Source of the DNA: Eledone cirrhosa
Lineage: Eukaryota
Direction of reading: 5' to 3'
Length of the DNA stretch: 64,000 nucleotides
Assembly: GCA_964016885.1 (NCBI GenBank)
Contig: OZ024748.1
Coordinates: forward strand, 15,128,001-15,192,000
In this document: one piece after another, positions 63,688 through 64,000 of the stretch
Numbering within the stretch: the stretch's first letter is position 1
Layout of the letters: every line of letters begins with the position of its first letter
The notes under the pieces: model-generated
Databases searched by the model: none
Told to the model about the DNA's origin: nothing
What the model saw: the letters and a program-made list of their open reading frames with translations, nothing else
Translations under genes and position numbers: made by a program

Positions 63688-64000
63688 TACCGTATCAACT
63701 TAAATATAAGCTGATAAGAATATAAGCCAACTGTTATTATTTCATGTCTGAGGAATTGGAAAAATCGAAAACCTTATTTCCGTAGAATTTGAAGCTGGTG
63801 CAAATGATCAAAATATTGATCACTGAATAGAAGCTGAGCCCACTATATTATGTCTGAAAATGAGCAAAAATCCAAGCCTTTTTTATGTAGAATTTGTAGT
63901 TGGTGAAAATCGTCAAAATATTGACCCAGAATATAAGCCGACCCCCCCCCCCCCCTCTACCATGATTCTTTGCTCACATATTCCTTGGCTTATATTCGAG
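63688..64000. mobile_element. Tc2/pogo-like (Tc1-mariner superfamily) MITE, runs off window end
   Basis: Starts TA-CCGTA..AATATAAGC; internal GAATATAAGCCGACCCC; ends GGCTTATATTCGAG (inverted subterminal motif); ~108-bp internal tandem repeat. Confidence 0.6.

Overview
AT-rich eukaryotic (animal) genomic DNA. The repeat repertoire looks like that of a coleoid cephalopod (Octopus-like); this is inferred from pattern recognition, not from a search. I found no convincing host protein-coding exon, so the window reads as a large intron or intergenic region. It is dominated by (TA)n/(CA)n/(GA)n microsatellites and transposable elements. These include three young, 5'-truncated RTE-clade LINEs with open frames and a PHD-type zinc finger inside the RT region (11432-13284 +, 16982-19803 +, 57070-58495 -), older RTE remnants, an L1/Tx1-like 3' fragment, several tRNA-derived SINE families, TTAA-flanked piggyBac-like MITEs, a Tc2/pogo-like MITE and small Penelope-like elements carrying hammerhead-ribozyme motifs. 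There is also a 4.4-kb, 52-bp minisatellite that arose inside a SINE, and a decayed intron-containing tRNA-Met. The most striking theme is that young retro-elements of several kinds (RTE LINEs, their partner SINE, hammerhead-bearing elements) sit in (TA)n tracts. Their junctions show fold-back inverted duplications and tandem reiteration of target-site motifs, suggesting a (TA)n-targeted insertion and repair process that itself generates palindromes and microsatellite expansion.
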